A DNA stretch of 60,127 nucleotides from contig JBAVUP010000162.1 in NCBI GenBank assembly GCA_049696835.1, positions 1 to 60,127 on the forward strand, given 5' to 3'. Source of the stretch: Desulfobaccales bacterium (GTDB taxonomy: Bacteria; Desulfobacterota; Desulfobaccia; Desulfobaccales; 0-14-0-80-60-11). Both the position numbers and the translations under genes were made by a program. The notes under the pieces are model-generated. The model was not told the origin of the DNA, made no database searches, and was given only the letters and a program-made list of their open reading frames with translations. Of this stretch, positions 16,019-25,952 are shown one piece after another (position 1 is the stretch's first letter; each line of letters starts with the position of its first letter).

Positions 16019-17698
16019 TCATTTCGCCTCGGCCGGCATGCCTCTGCCGGGCTCCCGGTAACGGCGCAGGGCCTTGAGGCCGTCGGCCAGAAGCATAATA
16101 GCCAGAATTACCAGGATGAGGGACACGATCCCCATGAGGCCGTTGCCCACCAGGGCCTGCCCCTTGGCCTGGCCGCTGGCCACTTTACTCAGTAAATTGT
16201 AAGAAGTGTAGAGCAGGGCGGCGATGGTGGTGATGAACATGAAAAACATGGGGATGAGGGTGAAGGTGGCCTTTTTCCCCTGGGACAAGAGCCACAGTGA
16301 CCCCACCAGCAGGGCCAGGGAGGCTAACAGCTGGTTGGCCCCGCCGAAGAGTACCCACAGGTATTGCCACCAGCCCGTCTCCACGATGAGCAGGGTGAGC
16401 AGCGCGGCAATCAGGGTGGCTATCGGGCCGTTCCGCAGTACCGGGGTAGAATCCCCCACCAGTTCGATGGTAGCCACTTTCATGAACCGCAGCACCAACT
16501 GCATGACGGTGATGGCCAGGACGATGATGATCACCGTGGCCATCGTCCTGCCGTAGGCCAGGGGCAGGCCCAGAGCGTTCAACAGGTTGCTCAAACCGGC
16601 GGCGAAGACCAAGGCCGGGCCCTTCTTGACCAGCTCCAGATATTGGGCGTACGGGATGGCCGCAGCCGCGGTCATCAGGGCTACCACCCCCAGGAGCATC
16701 TCCACGAACATGGAACCGGCCAGGACCGGTTTGGCGTCCATTTCACTCTCCAGCTGGCGGCAGGTGCCGCTGGTGCACACCAGGGAATGCCAGCCGGATA
16801 CCGCCCCGCAGGCGATGGTGACAAAGAGCATGGGCCACAAGGGACCGACGGGAATGACAAACTGGGTAAACATCGGGGCCTGCACCGGCGGCAGTTTCAG
16901 AAAGATGCCGATGATGCCCCCAACCAGTCCCAGCATGACAATATAGAAGGCCACATAATTGAGGGGCAGGGCAAACCGCCAAATGGGGGAGATGGCGCTG
17001 AAGTAACAGAGGGCGATGGCAAAAATGGCCCAGGTGAGTTTGCTCTTGGCCAGGGAACCCAGGAAAAGCTGGGCTGGGAGGACTCCACCCAACCAGATGC
17101 CGATCAGGGCCAGGCTGACGCAGACCACCGTGATCACCAGGACGTTGACTCGCCAGCGGTAGATCATCTGGCCCGCCAGCAGCCCCGCCGCGGCCAGGAC
17201 CAGGATGGCTACCGGCCCGGAAGCCAGCCCGGTCAGGGCGCCGGCAATCACCGCCCCGAAGGCCCCGGCGATGAGCAGCAGATAGAAATAGATGAAGGAG
17301 AGCAGGATTAGACGGGCCCGGGGAGAGATGAGCTTATAGCTCAGGGCGCCCAGGGACAGGCCGTCATTGCGCAGGGACACCATCCCGGAAATGTAATCGT
17401 GCACCCAGCCGAAGAACACCACCCCGATGAAGAGCCACAAGATGGCTGGCAGCCAGCCCCATTGGAGCGCAATAATGGCCCCGATCACGGGGGCGGCGCC
17501 GGCGATGCTCTTGAACTGGTAGCCAAAGAGGACGTTCTTGGAGGTGGGCATGAAGTCCACCCCGTCCATGTACATCTTGGCAGGGGTGACTTTTTGGGGA
17601 TCGGTTTGTAGAACGTTTTTGTCGACGTAGCCGGCGTACCAGCGGTATCCTCCCACTGCCACTGCCAGGGCTGCCAGGATGACAAACGCGGCATTCAT
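16019..17698 (-). CDS. cstA: Carbon starvation protein A family transporter
   Basis: 559 aa polytopic protein with conserved CstA N-terminal motifs (LFGYQFKSIAGAAPVIGAI, WGWLPAILWL). Confidence 0.92.
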   Translation of the reverse strand: MNAAFVILAALAVAVGGYRWYAGYVDKNVLQTDPQKVTPAKMYMDGVDFMPTSKNVLFGYQFKSIAGAAPVIGAIIALQWGWLPAILWLFIGVVFFGWVHDYISGMVSLRNDGLSLGALSYKLISPRARLILLSFIYFYLLLIAGAFGAVIAGALTGLASGPVAILVLAAAGLLAGQMIYRWRVNVLVITVVCVSLALIGIWLGGVLPAQLFLGSLAKSKLTWAIFAIALCYFSAISPIWRFALPLNYVAFYIVMLGLVGGIIGIFLKLPPVQAPMFTQFVIPVGPLWPMLFVTIACGAVSGWHSLVCTSGTCRQLESEMDAKPVLAGSMFVEMLLGVVALMTAAAAIPYAQYLELVKKGPALVFAAGLSNLLNALGLPLAYGRTMATVIIIVLAITVMQLVLRFMKVATIELVGDSTPVLRNGPIATLIAALLTLLIVETGWWQYLWVLFGGANQLLASLALLVGSLWLLSQGKKATFTLIPMFFMFITTIAALLYTSYNLLSKVASGQAKGQALVGNGLMGIVSLILVILAIMLLADGLKALRRYREPGRGMPAEAK

Positions 17699-17823
17699 GG
17701 ACGACGTCCTCCTTCTGCAGTTTTGAGAAGATCTGACTCTGCAAATCTCCGGGGCCGCGCTGGCCCGGGAGAAGGTTGCTCATCTCCGGCAGTTTAAGCG
17801 TCGACTCGTGATCTTATATCGAC

Positions 17824-19140
17824 TTACCCCTCAAAGCGTTTGAACACCAGAGCCGCATTGGTGCCGCCAAATCCGAAGGAATTGGACAGCGCATAGCGAA
17901 TGTCGGCAGTCCGGGCCTGATTTCTGACGATATCCAGGCCGGCGCAGTCCGGGTCCACTTCGTCCAGGTTGATGGTGGGCGGCACTATCCCATGCTTGAT
18001 GGACAGGATGGAAAAGATGCCCTCCACCGCGCCGGCGGCGCCCAGAAGATGGCCGGTCATGGACTTGGTACCGCTCACCAGCAGGCGGGGCGCGGCCTCT
18101 CCAAAAATCTCCTTCAAGGCCAGGGATTCGTTACGATCCCCCACCGGCGTGGCCGTGGCATGCGGATTGACGTAATCAATGTCCTCCGGGGTGACCCCGC
18201 CGTCCTTCAGGGCCAGCTGGATGCAGCGCTTGGCCCCCTCTTTATCCGGATCGGTAATGTGGTAGGCGTCGCCGCTCATGCCGAACCCGACGATTTCCGC
18301 ATAGATATCGGCGTTCCGGGCCAGGGCGTGGTCCAGTTCCTCCAGCACCATGATGCCGCTGCCTTCCGACATGACAAAACCGCAGCGATGCACATCAAAA
18401 GGACGGCTGGCGGCTCCGGGGCGATCATTAAAGCCCACGGCCAGGGCCCCCATGCGATAAAAGGCCGTCAACGTCAGGATGGTCACCGCGGCTTCGGTGC
18501 CCCCCGCGGCCATGAGATCCGCTTCCCCCAGCTGGATGGAACGGCAGGCCAGGCCAACCGCATGGGCCCCGGCGGCGCAGGCGGTGGACAGGGCAATATT
18601 GGGACCTTTGGCCTTAAACCGGATGGAGACGTTCCCCGCGGCCAGATTGGGAATCATCTTGGGCACCAGGAAAGGAGAAACCCGGCGCACCCCTTCGGCC
18701 AGGAGCTTCTTGACCCCGTCCTCCCAGGAACTGACCCCGCCCATGCCGCTGGCAATGATCACCCCGGCCCGCTCCGGATCTTCCGCCTCCAGGTTCAGCC
18801 CGGAATCCTGTACCGCTTCCATGCTGGCGGCCAGGGCAAACTGCGTGAAGCGATCAGTGTATTTAATCTGCTTCAAATCTTCCTTGGTGACCACATCTTT
18901 ACGGGTTTGCAATATCTCTTTTAAATCAAAATTCTCCAGCACGCCGCCAATGACGGGGAAGTCCTCCGGAACGCGGTAGCGTTCCATGACTTCGGGATCA
19001 AAGCGGCGCAATTTGGTGACTCCTGATTCTCCCGCCAATAAGTTTTTCCATACGGTGGGCACATCGAGCCCCATGGACGTCACCATACCAACGCCCGTGA
19101 TCACTACCCGCCGCATTCCCATGGTTTTTTGCAAAGACAT
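17824..19140 (-). CDS. fabF: Beta-ketoacyl-ACP synthase II
   Basis: RRVVITGVGMVTSMG, active-site region ALSTACAAGAH, HATATPVGD and GHLLGAAG motifs. Start chosen at the ATG with GGAGAGG upstream; the ORF is open to 19200. Confidence 0.9.
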   Translation of the reverse strand: MSLQKTMGMRRVVITGVGMVTSMGLDVPTVWKNLLAGESGVTKLRRFDPEVMERYRVPEDFPVIGGVLENFDLKEILQTRKDVVTKEDLKQIKYTDRFTQFALAASMEAVQDSGLNLEAEDPERAGVIIASGMGGVSSWEDGVKKLLAEGVRRVSPFLVPKMIPNLAAGNVSIRFKAKGPNIALSTACAAGAHAVGLACRSIQLGEADLMAAGGTEAAVTILTLTAFYRMGALAVGFNDRPGAASRPFDVHRCGFVMSEGSGIMVLEELDHALARNADIYAEIVGFGMSGDAYHITDPDKEGAKRCIQLALKDGGVTPEDIDYVNPHATATPVGDRNESLALKEIFGEAAPRLLVSGTKSMTGHLLGAAGAVEGIFSILSIKHGIVPPTINLDEVDPDCAGLDIVRNQARTADIRYALSNSFGFGGTNAALVFKRFEG

Positions 19141-19255
19141 GAATGGCAACCTCTCCCCAGGCCAACGAGAAATATTATCCAATCCCGTCATGATGGGCAA
19201 TTATTGTCGACCCCGTCGGGGGCCAAATGCACAATTACGCTAATGATTCATTGCC

Positions 19256-19284
19256 ATTGTAAATTACCCGTGTTACTATTGCAA
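19256..19284 (-). promoter_or_regulatory. Candidate sigma70 promoter for fabF
   Basis: On the minus strand: TTGCAA, 17 nt spacer, TACAAT. Confidence 0.4.
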
Positions 19285-19380
19285 CGGGTTTCCGGTCTGT
19301 GGCCAGGGGTACAGACCGGAAGCCGATTTCAGGGTTGAGCTTCTTTTTTTTCCTGTCGCAATTTGACCGGCCGCTGACCG

Positions 19381-19599
19381 ATGCGTTGCCAGGTGGAGAC
19401 CTATTCCGGGTTCCGGCTGCACGAACGCCCCCGGCGTTTCACCTGGGGCGAGGTCTGGTTGGAAGTGCGTCAGGTCATGGCGCAGTGGATGGTTCCCGGC
19501 GGCCTCTGCTACCAGGTGAAGGCGGGGGAAGGAGTCTATGTGCTGCGCTATGATCACGCGCAGGATGCCTGGGACGCAGAACTGCTGAGGTCCGGATGA
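19381..19599 (+). CDS. Hypothetical small protein
   Basis: 72 aa ORF with protein-like composition, but no clear Shine-Dalgarno sequence. Confidence 0.35.
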   Translation: MRCQVETYSGFRLHERPRRFTWGEVWLEVRQVMAQWMVPGGLCYQVKAGEGVYVLRYDHAQDAWDAELLRSG

Positions 19600-19744
19600 T
19601 GGCCATGATTGACAGGAAAATTTTTGGATTTACTTTTTGAAAAGCCTTAGGATAGAATTGCTTATTTTGGAAAGGCACCCGTTCCGGCCGCAGTCCGGTA
19701 TGAATCCGCCTGACCTTCCAGTTGATGACTGAAGAGGATCCCCT

Positions 19745-20377
19745 ATGAAATGCCAGGTAAATCCGCGTTACATGGAACAACTATATTCTTTTTATTCCCC
19801 TTTCTATGAATACATTTTCGGCAAGCTTCTAGGGCCCGGTCGCCGCAAAGCTTTTCATTATCTGTCCCGGCAACCTAACCAAAAAGTTCTGGAGATCGGC
19901 GTGGGTCCCGGTTCCACCTTGGAGTTTTACCCCCCGAAAACCAAACTGGTGGGTATTGATATTTCCCACGCCATGATCCATCGGGCCCGGGAAAAAGCCA
20001 CCGGCATCAACAGCGGCAGTCGTTTCGACTTTCACGTCATGGACGCCTCCCGGCTGGAATTTCCTGATGATTATTTCGACCTCGTCATGGCCGCGTATGT
20101 CATTACCACCGTCCAGGACCCCTATAAAGTCTGCCGGGAAATTCACCGAGTAGTCAAGCCCGGGGGGCAGATCATCGCCATTAACCATACCCGCTCTCAG
20201 AACGGCAGCCTGTGGGGCCGCATCGAGGACGTCATGGCGCCGGTTTTTGTCCGCATCGGCTTCACCACCGATCTGGACGTTATCCGGGTTATGAATGACG
20301 TGGGCATCACGATTAAGCAAACGGTGCCGTGTAACCTGCTCAATACCGGCCGAATCATCATGGGCACCAAACAATAA
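19745..20377 (+). CDS. Class I SAM-dependent methyltransferase (UbiE/PmtA-like)
   Basis: Motif I VLEIGVGPGS, post-I D, and motif II/III spacing. Confidence 0.8.
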   Translation: MKCQVNPRYMEQLYSFYSPFYEYIFGKLLGPGRRKAFHYLSRQPNQKVLEIGVGPGSTLEFYPPKTKLVGIDISHAMIHRAREKATGINSGSRFDFHVMDASRLEFPDDYFDLVMAAYVITTVQDPYKVCREIHRVVKPGGQIIAINHTRSQNGSLWGRIEDVMAPVFVRIGFTTDLDVIRVMNDVGITIKQTVPCNLLNTGRIIMGTKQ

Positions 20378-20503
20378 GGGGGGCTCAGTCCGGTCCCTAT
20401 GTCCCCTGCCGGTGGCCTGCCCCCGGTTACCTGATTGAAGTTCCGCTTACCGTCGGTAACCTCAACTCAAGGGGCGGAGTGCTCCCTGCCTCAGGAGACC
20501 ATC

Positions 20504-21007
20504 ATGAAAATCGATAAAAATTCTTTTGTCACCATTGATTATCTCATCAACCTGGGTGCAGACGAGACCTATCCCCCCGATGGGCAACCGGAGGAAATCT
20601 CTTTTTGCATGGGCTGGGGCGCCATGCCCCCGGGTTTGGAAAAAGTCCTGATCGGTATGGCAGAAAATGATCATAAAATAGTCAACCTTCCGGCCGCCGA
20701 GGCCTATGGCGAACTTGACCAGGAACTGGTCATGGAAGTCGCCCGCGCCGACTTTGCCCCGGAATTGGAATTGCGGCCGGGCCTGGTTTTCGAGACCGAA
20801 AATGAAGATGGGCAACCGGTATATTTCATCGTCCAAGAGGTCCAGCCCGAAACCGTGCTCATCGATTTTAACCATCCCCTGGCGGGCAAAGACCTGGAAG
20901 TCTCCTTTACCATCCGCCAGGTTCGCGAGGCCACCCCGGAGGATCTCAAAGAGCATCATGCCTGCACCTGTGCGGAATGCCAGGAAGGAGGCTCCCACCA
21001 GCATTAA
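20504..21007 (+). CDS. slyD: FKBP-type peptidyl-prolyl isomerase, SlyD-like, with a Cys/His tail
   Basis: AGGAGA before the ATG. SlyD-like FKBP core with an insert-in-flap domain. C-terminal HHACTCAECQEGGSHQH. Confidence 0.85.
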   Translation: MKIDKNSFVTIDYLINLGADETYPPDGQPEEISFCMGWGAMPPGLEKVLIGMAENDHKIVNLPAAEAYGELDQELVMEVARADFAPELELRPGLVFETENEDGQPVYFIVQEVQPETVLIDFNHPLAGKDLEVSFTIRQVREATPEDLKEHHACTCAECQEGGSHQH

Positions 21008-21022
21008 CGGAGGATCTTCCTG

Positions 21023-22702
21023 ATGACCTTACCCTGGGCCCAGCAGTACGACCCGGGAGTCCCTCTCACCGTGGAGCCGGTCACCACCTCCGTGCCCTGG
21101 CTGTTGCTGCAAGCGGCGGAACATTCCCCCCAGACCCCGGCCCTGGCCTTTTTCGGCCGGAGCATCACCTACGGCGAGCTCAACACCCAGACCGTCAGTC
21201 TGGCCAGCGCCTTCAAGGGTATGGGCCTGGTGCCCGGAGAGCGCCTGGGCATTTTTCTCCCCAATTGCCCCCAACTGGTGATGGCCTACCACGCCGCCTT
21301 GCGGGTGGGCGCGGTGGCGGTCATGCTCAATCCCCTTCTCAGCGCTACGGAGCTGGCCCACCAACTGGCCGACTCCGGCGCGCGGCGGCTGGTGCTCCTG
21401 GACCACTTTCTCCCCCGGGTGGAAGAGATTCAGACTCAGGCGGATTTAACCCATCTCATCATTACCAGTCTGGCGGATAGCCTGCCCTGGCCGCTCAATT
21501 GGCTCTACCCGTTCAAAGCCCGGCGGGACGGCTTGACCACGGGGTTTAAGCCGGGGCCGGGCCGCTACCCCTGGCGGGAACTGCTGCAATATACGCCGGA
21601 GGCTAGCTTCCCCCTGCCGGGACCTCGGGACCTGGCGGTCCTGCAATATACCGGCGGCACCACCGGCACCCCCAAGGCGGCTATGCTGACCCACGGCAAC
21701 CTCATGGTTAACGTGGCCCAGATCAACGCCTGGCTGCCCCGGGTGCGCTACGGCGAAGAACGCGTCATGGGCCTGCTGCCCTTTTCTCATTCCTTTGGGC
21801 TCACCGCCTGTCTCAACTGGCCCATGTCCCAGGGAGCTACGATCATCGTGCTCCCCCGTTTTGAAATCAACGGCTTTCTCAAGGCCATGCAGAAATACCG
21901 GCCCACCATGCTCCCCGGGGTCCCTACCCTCTTTGTGGCCCTGATCAACGACCCCCGCCTGCCGAAGCTCGACCTGTCCGCCCTGTGGGCCTGCATCAGC
22001 GGCTCGGCCCCCCTGCCCCGGGAAGTCCGGGACCGCTTCGAGAGTCTCAGCGGCTGTACCATGCTGGAGGGCTATGGCCTGACCGAGGCCGCCCCCGTCA
22101 CCCATTTTAATCCCATCCAGGGGAAAAGGCCGGCCGGCAGCATGGGCCTGCCCATGCCGGGCACCCTGGCGAAGGTCGTGGACCAGGAGACCGGCGCCCG
22201 GGAGCTTCCCACCGGCGAAGTGGGAGAGCTGATCATCCAGGGCCCCCAGGTCATGCAGGGGTATTGGCGTAACCCCCAGGAGACCGCCATGGTCCTGAGG
22301 GACGGCTGGCTCTATACCGGTGACCTGGCCCGGATGGATGAAGACGGCTATTTTTATATCGTGGAGCGCAAGAAGGACCTCATCATCGCCGGGGGCTACA
22401 AGATCTATCCCCGGGAGGTGGAAGAAGTGCTCTATGAGCACCCTGGCGTGAAAGAGGCCGTGGCCTTCGGAGTCCCCGACGCCTACCGGGGAGAAACGGT
22501 GAAAGTGGTGATCGTTCCCCAGGATGGGGCAGCGCTCACCGCCGCCGACATCGAGGCCCACTGCCGCCGTCTGCTGGCCGTCTACAAGGTCCCCAAGATC
22601 ATCGAGTTTCGCGCTGACCTCCCCAAAAGCCTGGTGGGCAAAGTCCTGCGCCGGATGCTCAAGGACGAGGGGGCCGGGGCCGCTCAGGGCTCATCCCCCT
22701 AA
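21023..22702 (+). CDS. fadD: Long-chain fatty acid-CoA ligase (AMP-binding enzyme)
   Basis: AMP-binding motifs YTGGTTGTPKAAMLTH, GYGLTEA, YTGDLA and the C-terminal PKSLVGKVLRR. Confidence 0.9.
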   Translation: MTLPWAQQYDPGVPLTVEPVTTSVPWLLLQAAEHSPQTPALAFFGRSITYGELNTQTVSLASAFKGMGLVPGERLGIFLPNCPQLVMAYHAALRVGAVAVMLNPLLSATELAHQLADSGARRLVLLDHFLPRVEEIQTQADLTHLIITSLADSLPWPLNWLYPFKARRDGLTTGFKPGPGRYPWRELLQYTPEASFPLPGPRDLAVLQYTGGTTGTPKAAMLTHGNLMVNVAQINAWLPRVRYGEERVMGLLPFSHSFGLTACLNWPMSQGATIIVLPRFEINGFLKAMQKYRPTMLPGVPTLFVALINDPRLPKLDLSALWACISGSAPLPREVRDRFESLSGCTMLEGYGLTEAAPVTHFNPIQGKRPAGSMGLPMPGTLAKVVDQETGARELPTGEVGELIIQGPQVMQGYWRNPQETAMVLRDGWLYTGDLARMDEDGYFYIVERKKDLIIAGGYKIYPREVEEVLYEHPGVKEAVAFGVPDAYRGETVKVVIVPQDGAALTAADIEAHCRRLLAVYKVPKIIEFRADLPKSLVGKVLRRMLKDEGAGAAQGSSP

Positions 22703-22705
22703 GCG

Positions 22706-23185
22706 TTGATCATGGATTTACGACGGGTCCTGCGCTACCAGTGGCTGAAATTGCTCCGGCTCCAGGAGGATCCCCGGAAAATCGCCTGGGGTATGGCCTT
22801 GGGGGTGTTTGTCGGCGTCACCCCCACCATCCCCTTCCATACGGTGATCGCCCTGTCCCTGGCCGCCCTCTTGCGGGTCTCGCCGGTGACGGCCTTTATC
22901 GGCATCCAGGTGGGCAATCCCTTGACCGTGCCGGCCTTCTATCTGGCCGCTTATAAGGTGGGGCAATTCCTGTTGTATCGCGGCAGGCCCCTGGTCTTTC
23001 CGGAAGTCTGCAGCTATAACGCCTGGTTCCAGGTGCTCTGCCAGGGGGGATTGGCCTTGCAGGTGGGGGGCATCATTATTGCCATCCCTCCGGCCATCGT
23101 GGCCTATTTTGTGACCCTGTGGATCGTCCAACGCTATCGCCGGCGCAAAGCCCAAAAGGCCCTCAGTGACCTTCGTCTCTCCTAA
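22706..23185 (+). CDS. DUF2062 domain membrane protein
   Basis: PRKIAWGMALGVFVGVTP motif and a 3-4 TM layout. Confidence 0.8.
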   Translation: MIMDLRRVLRYQWLKLLRLQEDPRKIAWGMALGVFVGVTPTIPFHTVIALSLAALLRVSPVTAFIGIQVGNPLTVPAFYLAAYKVGQFLLYRGRPLVFPEVCSYNAWFQVLCQGGLALQVGGIIIAIPPAIVAYFVTLWIVQRYRRRKAQKALSDLRLS

Positions 23186-24026
23186 AACCCTCCTCCAGCG
23201 TCTGGGCCTGAGGCCTAAGAAGAGCCTGGGCCAGCATTTCCTGCTCCACCCGCACCAGGCCCGGCGCATTGTCGCGGCCCTGGCCCTTGAGGGGGAGGAG
23301 ACCGTGGTGGAAATCGGCGCGGGGCTGGGAGCCCTCACCGGGTTTCTCGCCGCCGCCGCCCACCGGGTGATCGCCCTGGAGCGGGACCCGGAACTGGCCC
23401 GGTTCCTGGCAGAAGATCTGTTCCGCCAGACCCCCGGGGTCCAGGTGATCTGCCAGGATGTGCTGGAGTTTGACTTCCGCCGGGCCAGCCAGGCGGCGGG
23501 GCGCCCCCTGGCCGTGGTGGGGAATCTGCCCTACCAGATCACCTCTCCCCTCCTGTTTACGCTAGTCAGGGAGGCCCCGGCCCTCAGCCGGGCGGTGCTC
23601 ATGATGCAGCAGGAGGTCGGCGCCCGCCTCCTGGCCGCTCCGGGGACCAAGGATTACGGGATTCTGTCGGTCCTGGGGCAATACCATTTCCGGGTGGCCC
23701 GCCTCTTTACCCTGTCCCCGGGCAATTTTTTCCCCCCGCCCCAGGTGGACTCTGTAGTGGTGCGGCTGCTGCCGGAAACCCCGGTCCCCGCCGCCCGGGA
23801 GGTGGAGGTGCTTCACCGGCTGGTCAAGACCGCGTTTGGCCATCGCCGCAAAACCCTGAACAACACCCTGGTGTCGCAGGCCGCGGCCTTCGGGCTGATT
23901 CCAGCGCAGATGCGCACCCTGTTGGCGGAGTTGAACATTGACCCCCAGCGCCGGGGCGAAACCCTGGGCCTTACAGAATTTGTGGAACTCAGCAATAAAG
24001 TGGCCGGCTTGAGCCTGGAGCCGTAG
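23166..24026 (+). CDS. rsmA: 16S rRNA (adenine1518/1519-N6)-dimethyltransferase
   Basis: LGQHFL, EIGAGLGALT and GNLPYQI motifs. Confidence 0.92.
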   Translation: MTFVSPKTLLQRLGLRPKKSLGQHFLLHPHQARRIVAALALEGEETVVEIGAGLGALTGFLAAAAHRVIALERDPELARFLAEDLFRQTPGVQVICQDVLEFDFRRASQAAGRPLAVVGNLPYQITSPLLFTLVREAPALSRAVLMMQQEVGARLLAAPGTKDYGILSVLGQYHFRVARLFTLSPGNFFPPPQVDSVVVRLLPETPVPAAREVEVLHRLVKTAFGHRRKTLNNTLVSQAAAFGLIPAQMRTLLAELNIDPQRRGETLGLTEFVELSNKVAGLSLEP

Positions 24027-24074
24027 GGGCGGGCTCACCGCCCTACTCGTTGTCGAGTTCAGGGGACTCAGCGC

Positions 24075-24812
24075 ATGATCACCTCAACCTACGAACCCCG
24101 CACCTATCGCACCCGCATGGCCCGGTCGGGCCTGGTGGGGTTTCGGGTGGCGGTGAAGGAAACCGATCTCTGGGTGTTGGCCGCCCGGGATTTCACCCGA
24201 GAGGTTCGGGAAATCGTCGTTCAGGAACGGCAGCAACTGGAGGCTTACATTACCGGCCATCCCGACTTTCTCACCACCCTGGTCCCCTGGCCCGAGGACC
24301 CCTTCGCGCCGCCGGTGGTCCGGGAGATGATCGCGGCGGCCGCGGCCACCGGGGTGGGACCCATGGCCGCGGTGGCCGGCGCCCTGGCGGCCCGGGTGGG
24401 ACGTCATCTGGCGCCTTTGAGCCCGGAGATCATCGTCGAAAATGGCGGCGATATCTTTTTGGCCATCAGCCATCCGGCCACCGTGGCCCTGTATGCCGGG
24501 GCCTCCCCCTTGAGCCATCGGGTGGGATTGCACCTCGATCCCGCCTCCAGTCCCCTGGGGGTGTGCACCTCCTCGGGGACCGTGGGGCATTCCCTGAGCT
24601 TCGGGCAGGCGGATGCCGCCTGCGTTTTGGCCCCCAACGCCGCCCTGGCGGATGCCGCGGCCACCGCCCTGGGCAACCGGGTCCGGAGCCCGGACACCAT
24701 CGCCCCGGCCCTGGAGTGGGCCGCCGGCCTCCCGCAGATCCTGGGCGCGGTCATCATCGTGGGGGAGAAGCTGGGGGCCTGGGGCCGGGTTGAGCTGGTG
24801 CCGTTAACCTGA
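24075..24812 (+). CDS. UPF0280 family protein (ApbE-like superfamily)
   Basis: Family-typical N-terminus (YRTRMARSGLVGFRVAVKETDL) and an SSGTVGHSLSFG motif. Confidence 0.75.
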   Translation: MITSTYEPRTYRTRMARSGLVGFRVAVKETDLWVLAARDFTREVREIVVQERQQLEAYITGHPDFLTTLVPWPEDPFAPPVVREMIAAAAATGVGPMAAVAGALAARVGRHLAPLSPEIIVENGGDIFLAISHPATVALYAGASPLSHRVGLHLDPASSPLGVCTSSGTVGHSLSFGQADAACVLAPNAALADAAATALGNRVRSPDTIAPALEWAAGLPQILGAVIIVGEKLGAWGRVELVPLT

Positions 24813-24910
24813 CGAATGCATAATCTTTTCTTGACATTTTAGGGCGAATAACATGATACAATAGCACATGAGCAGGGGGGGATAACGCGGCTGCCTCACC
24901 GGAGGTCGTC

Positions 24911-25072
24911 ATGGGGCTGGAAGCCATGTGGCAACATTTCTCCATTACCATGTATCAGGCATGGACCTGGCTGAAATATCAATCTGACGATCATCCCTTC
25001 TTCGTCCTGGGCGCCCTGGTGGTCTTCTTTCTGGCCTGGAGGTTGTACCGGATCGAAATCACGCACAAATAA
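24911..25072 (+). CDS. Possible 53 aa single-TM protein
   Basis: GGAGG lies 5 nt before the ATG. One hydrophobic helix. Shorter than the 60 aa minimum of the ORF track. Confidence 0.3.
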   Translation: MGLEAMWQHFSITMYQAWTWLKYQSDDHPFFVLGALVVFFLAWRLYRIEITHK

Positions 25073-25149
25073 TCGGCAGGGTTGCAGCCCCGCCGCACCC
25101 CTCGCCGACGTCGTCCAAGAGCCTTTCCCACCCCGGCTATCGGGATCAC

Positions 25150-25374
25150 GTGATCAAGGTATTCCTTTTCTATGCCGGCTTCTTCTTGCTCCTCCTCCTG
25201 TTTTCCGAGGAGTTGGCCCGGGCCGTGCGCCGGCTCCGGGCTCATTTGGACCGCCATCCCCGGTCCAAAATCATCGCTTATCCCCTGATCTTCTTGCTGG
25301 CCGTCATCGCCGGCCTCATCATCGCCACTTCCCTGATGCGCTTTGCCACCGAGGTACCCTTTTCTTACGATTAG
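25150..25374 (+). CDS. Possible 74 aa two-TM protein
   Basis: GTG-start ORF with two hydrophobic helices. No other support. Confidence 0.3.
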   Translation: MIKVFLFYAGFFLLLLLFSEELARAVRRLRAHLDRHPRSKIIAYPLIFLLAVIAGLIIATSLMRFATEVPFSYD

Positions 25375-25782
25375 GGCCATGACAGGAGGCTTTCTGCCCT
25401 AAAGCCATGCCGGACTGACCGGGAGCTCCGCAGCCCGGCGACCCAGGGAGTGGGCCTTCATTCCTTTCCATCGACCTAAGCCTCGGGCTCCCCGGGGTTG
25501 GACCGGCTGGGGTCCGGGAGGCAGAAGAAATTGGCTCAACCTGGATAACCGGCCAGGCTCGCACGATAACCCTTGAAGATTGTGGGGAAAATCCCATTTC
25601 TTCAAGCCGGCCAAATACATCATCATAGAGCATTTATATTTTATTATAACTACCTACATTTTATACATATCCAAGATAGCATAAATTTCAGGTTTCGTGC
25701 CCCGCCAAAATTAGGGATTCCCTGATGGCCAGACCCTAACCGGATGCAGTAGATTCTTTCCCACCATGCTCACCGTTTTAAC

Positions 25783-25929
25783 TGACGGAAACCAATCCAG
25801 CCATTGCAGCGCGAGTGGATTTGACCATCGCTCTCAATCCCCCAAACCCGGCTCATTCTGGGTTCGCTCATCCCCGGCTTTGGCAGCCGCGTCAATTCGT
25901 CAGTCACCACCACTATGACCTGCAAGTAG
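25783..25929 (+). pseudogene. 3' remnant of a tadE-like gene (5' part deleted, 2 nt frameshift)
   Basis: Aligns to 27605-27750 of the intact copy. Encodes ...NPAIAARVDLTIALN, then, after a 2 nt gap, LILGSLIPGFGSRVNSSVTTTMTCK-stop. Confidence 0.55.
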
Positions 25930-25952
25930 CTCAAAAGGACCTGAGGCGGCTT

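Noticed and set aside
24831-24862. TTGACA ... TACAAT as a promoter for the 53 aa ORF
   Set aside because: The spacer is 20 nt. Hexamers at 17-18 nt spacing (TGATAC, GATACA) are poor. Support is too weak to list as a feature.
25319-25633. 104 aa minus-strand ORF in the gap before the Tad island
   Set aside because: There is no ribosome-binding site. The composition is proline/glycine/serine-rich and intergenic-like. It overlaps the 74 aa + strand candidate.
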